Source: a virus
Taxonomy: Duplodnaviria > Caudoviricetes
Direction: 5' to 3' (one strand)
Length of the DNA stretch: 64,000 bases
IMG/VR virus record: IMGVR_UViG_3300021255_002539
Coordinates: 96,001 to 160,000 of that record
Shown here: in pieces, positions 62,528 through 64,000 of the stretch
Layout of the letters: the number at the start of each line of letters is the position of its first letter
Position numbering within the stretch: the stretch's first letter is position 1
Position numbers and translations under genes: made by a program
The notes under the pieces: model-generated
Database searches by the model: none
What the model was told of the DNA's origin: nothing
Seen by the model: only the letters and a program-made list of their open reading frames with translations

Positions 62528-64000
62528 ATGGCGCACAATGGCACAGAAAAGAAAGACAGAAGCGAGACCACAGACAAGTGCATGGTCTCCGTGTGTCTGC
62601 ATGGCGTGAAGTTGAGGGACGAAAAGAACCTGCCACTGATGGTGGATTTGGCGAAGACCTTCAACTCTGCGTCACGTTGCGCCTTCAAGCGGTTCAAGGA
62701 CATTGGGTTGAATGGAATGCTCAAGTCCCATAGGGAACCAACCAAAAGGGCATTCCAGTTCAGGGATGTACCAATGGTAAATGGCAGACCTGTGTGCTTC
62801 GACAAGCCAGTTGGAATGTCGGACGAGATGTGGTTGAACATGCGTCTGGAATCCTACAAGCGCAAGGTCAATTCGCACCAGGCAAACCCCTTCTGGCAAA
62901 TTGACAAGGATTTGGGCAGCCCGATATTGGGTACAGAGAGGATTGTTGGGGAATGGTTGGACAACAATGGCTACAAATTGGACTCCAACCTCCTACACAA
63001 CGCCATATTGGATGGACTGAAGAACTACAAGTCCTTTGAAAGGCAAGTGTCCAATTTCAAGACAGGCAAGTTCAACCCATCGTTTGGGGATATTCAGAAT
63101 AGATCAAAACGACGCATTGACCAGGACGAGTTCCAATTGACCAGAAACGCATCCTTCACTGTCGTTGGAAGCGCATCCCAAAAAGGCAACCCCAAGTTCA
63201 GGTTCAATGTAGACGACAACACATTCACCTTCACATACCAAAGAAGGAAGATCGAGTTCGACTTCTCTGCCCACCACTTCTCCAAGAACAACCTCAAGCA
63301 GGTGTCCAGAATAGTGGAGATGATGGAGTCCAGAAAACTGCCAGTGACCGTGACATTGAAGCGCATTGGCAAGGGCAACTCCTTCGAGGTGACTTTGACC
63401 TGCTCCCAATCCCAATTGTCCAGGTGCATTGGAGAGGACCAGAACTGCAAGGATAACAACATAGTGTCTGGCATTTGGGTTGGTGGAGACATCATCCACC
63501 ACAACATAGTGGACCAGACGTCAGGCAGGACATTGTACTCCAAGACATACAGAATGGATGAGTTGTCTGGGGAGAAAAGGTGCGCCAAGCAAATGGAGTC
63601 CTTGAGGTTCAATGGGGACTACAAGACCCTATCAAAGGCCAGAAAGCACCTGAACAACAGAATTTCAAACACCACCCACAATCTGCTCAAGAAGGTATTC
63701 AACATCAACAAGGCACATAATGTGGGATCTGTCGTAGTCGAGAAGCCATCGTCAATGACCAAGAGGAAGTTCAACAACTCCTTGATTGGCTTCGACAAGT
63801 ACGATGTGGAGAATGGAACAGGAGCAGCCTGCTTCATGAACCCAACCAAGTTCAACGCAATGGTGAAAAGCCATTGCGCCAGGAACATGATGGAGTTCAA
63901 GCAGGTAAATGGAGAATTCATACAGACAAAGGCTGTCCTGGAGTCAAAGACCATGGGAGAGGCAATTGGAAACGCCGGCCTCGAAATGGTATCCAGGGCA
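62528..64000 (+). CDS. TnpB/Cas12f-like protein with a substituted RuvC-I Asp, 3'-truncated by the window edge
   Basis: 491 open codons not in the ORF track; FNSASRCAFKR, FG...R.K..I...EF...R....G.A.QKGNPKF, LPVTVTLK, SGIWV (for GID), VVVE, FKQVN. Confidence 0.65.
   Translation, partial: MAHNGTEKKDRSETTDKCMVSVCLHGVKLRDEKNLPLMVDLAKTFNSASRCAFKRFKDIGLNGMLKSHREPTKRAFQFRDVPMVNGRPVCFDKPVGMSDEMWLNMRLESYKRKVNSHQANPFWQIDKDLGSPILGTERIVGEWLDNNGYKLDSNLLHNAILDGLKNYKSFERQVSNFKTGKFNPSFGDIQNRSKRRIDQDEFQLTRNASFTVVGSASQKGNPKFRFNVDDNTFTFTYQRRKIEFDFSAHHFSKNNLKQVSRIVEMMESRKLPVTVTLKRIGKGNSFEVTLTCSQSQLSRCIGEDQNCKDNNIVSGIWVGGDIIHHNIVDQTSGRTLYSKTYRMDELSGEKRCAKQMESLRFNGDYKTLSKARKHLNNRISNTTHNLLKKVFNINKAHNVGSVVVEKPSSMTKRKFNNSLIGFDKYDVENGTGAACFMNPTKFNAMVKSHCARNMMEFKQVNGEFIQTKAVLESKTMGEAIGNAGLEMVSRA

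Noticed and set aside
1-64000. Suppressor tRNA, other tRNA/rRNA genes or a CRISPR array
   Set aside because: I recognised no cloverleaf or regularly spaced repeats by eye, and the intergenic gaps are short. tRNAscan would be needed to exclude them.
62528-64000. Active IS200/IS605 transposon or active Cas12 nuclease
   Set aside because: No tnpA or array is visible and the RuvC-I Asp appears substituted; the 3' flank is outside the window.

Overview
A 64-kb segment of a large T4-like (myovirus/jumbo) phage genome. It uses an alternative genetic code in which TAG is read as glutamine (translation table 15). Many ORFs in the supplied code-11 track are fragments of longer genes. With TAG=Gln they join into a tail sheath, a 1440-aa tape-measure-like protein, a ~3,880-aa multidomain protein (20 in-frame TAGs, no TAA/TGA), an LpxR-like OM enzyme, a GT11 and the large terminase. 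The terminase gene is fractured: TerL-N plus a 38-aa split-intein N-fragment, then a free-standing Vsr/DUF559-like endonuclease, then a 123-aa intein C-fragment plus TerL-C. Trans-splicing would rebuild the Walker A motif SRQVGKTT. The replication and recombination genes (nrdD/nrdG, uvsX, uvsY, gp32, primase, gp47, a DNA methyltransferase, a MoxR ATPase) lack in-frame TAG. Accessory content includes ArdA, a five-glycosyltransferase cluster, a prenyltransferase/squalene-oxidase-repeat protein, a BspA LRR protein, a truncated terminase paralogue with a Tat-like leader, and a TnpB/Cas12f-like ORF with a substituted RuvC-I Asp at the right edge (missing from the ORF track). Two promoter classes are visible: sigma70-type with an 18-bp spacer, and a recurrent GTAAATA late-like motif. 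All calls come from manual translation and motif recognition; no database searches were run.
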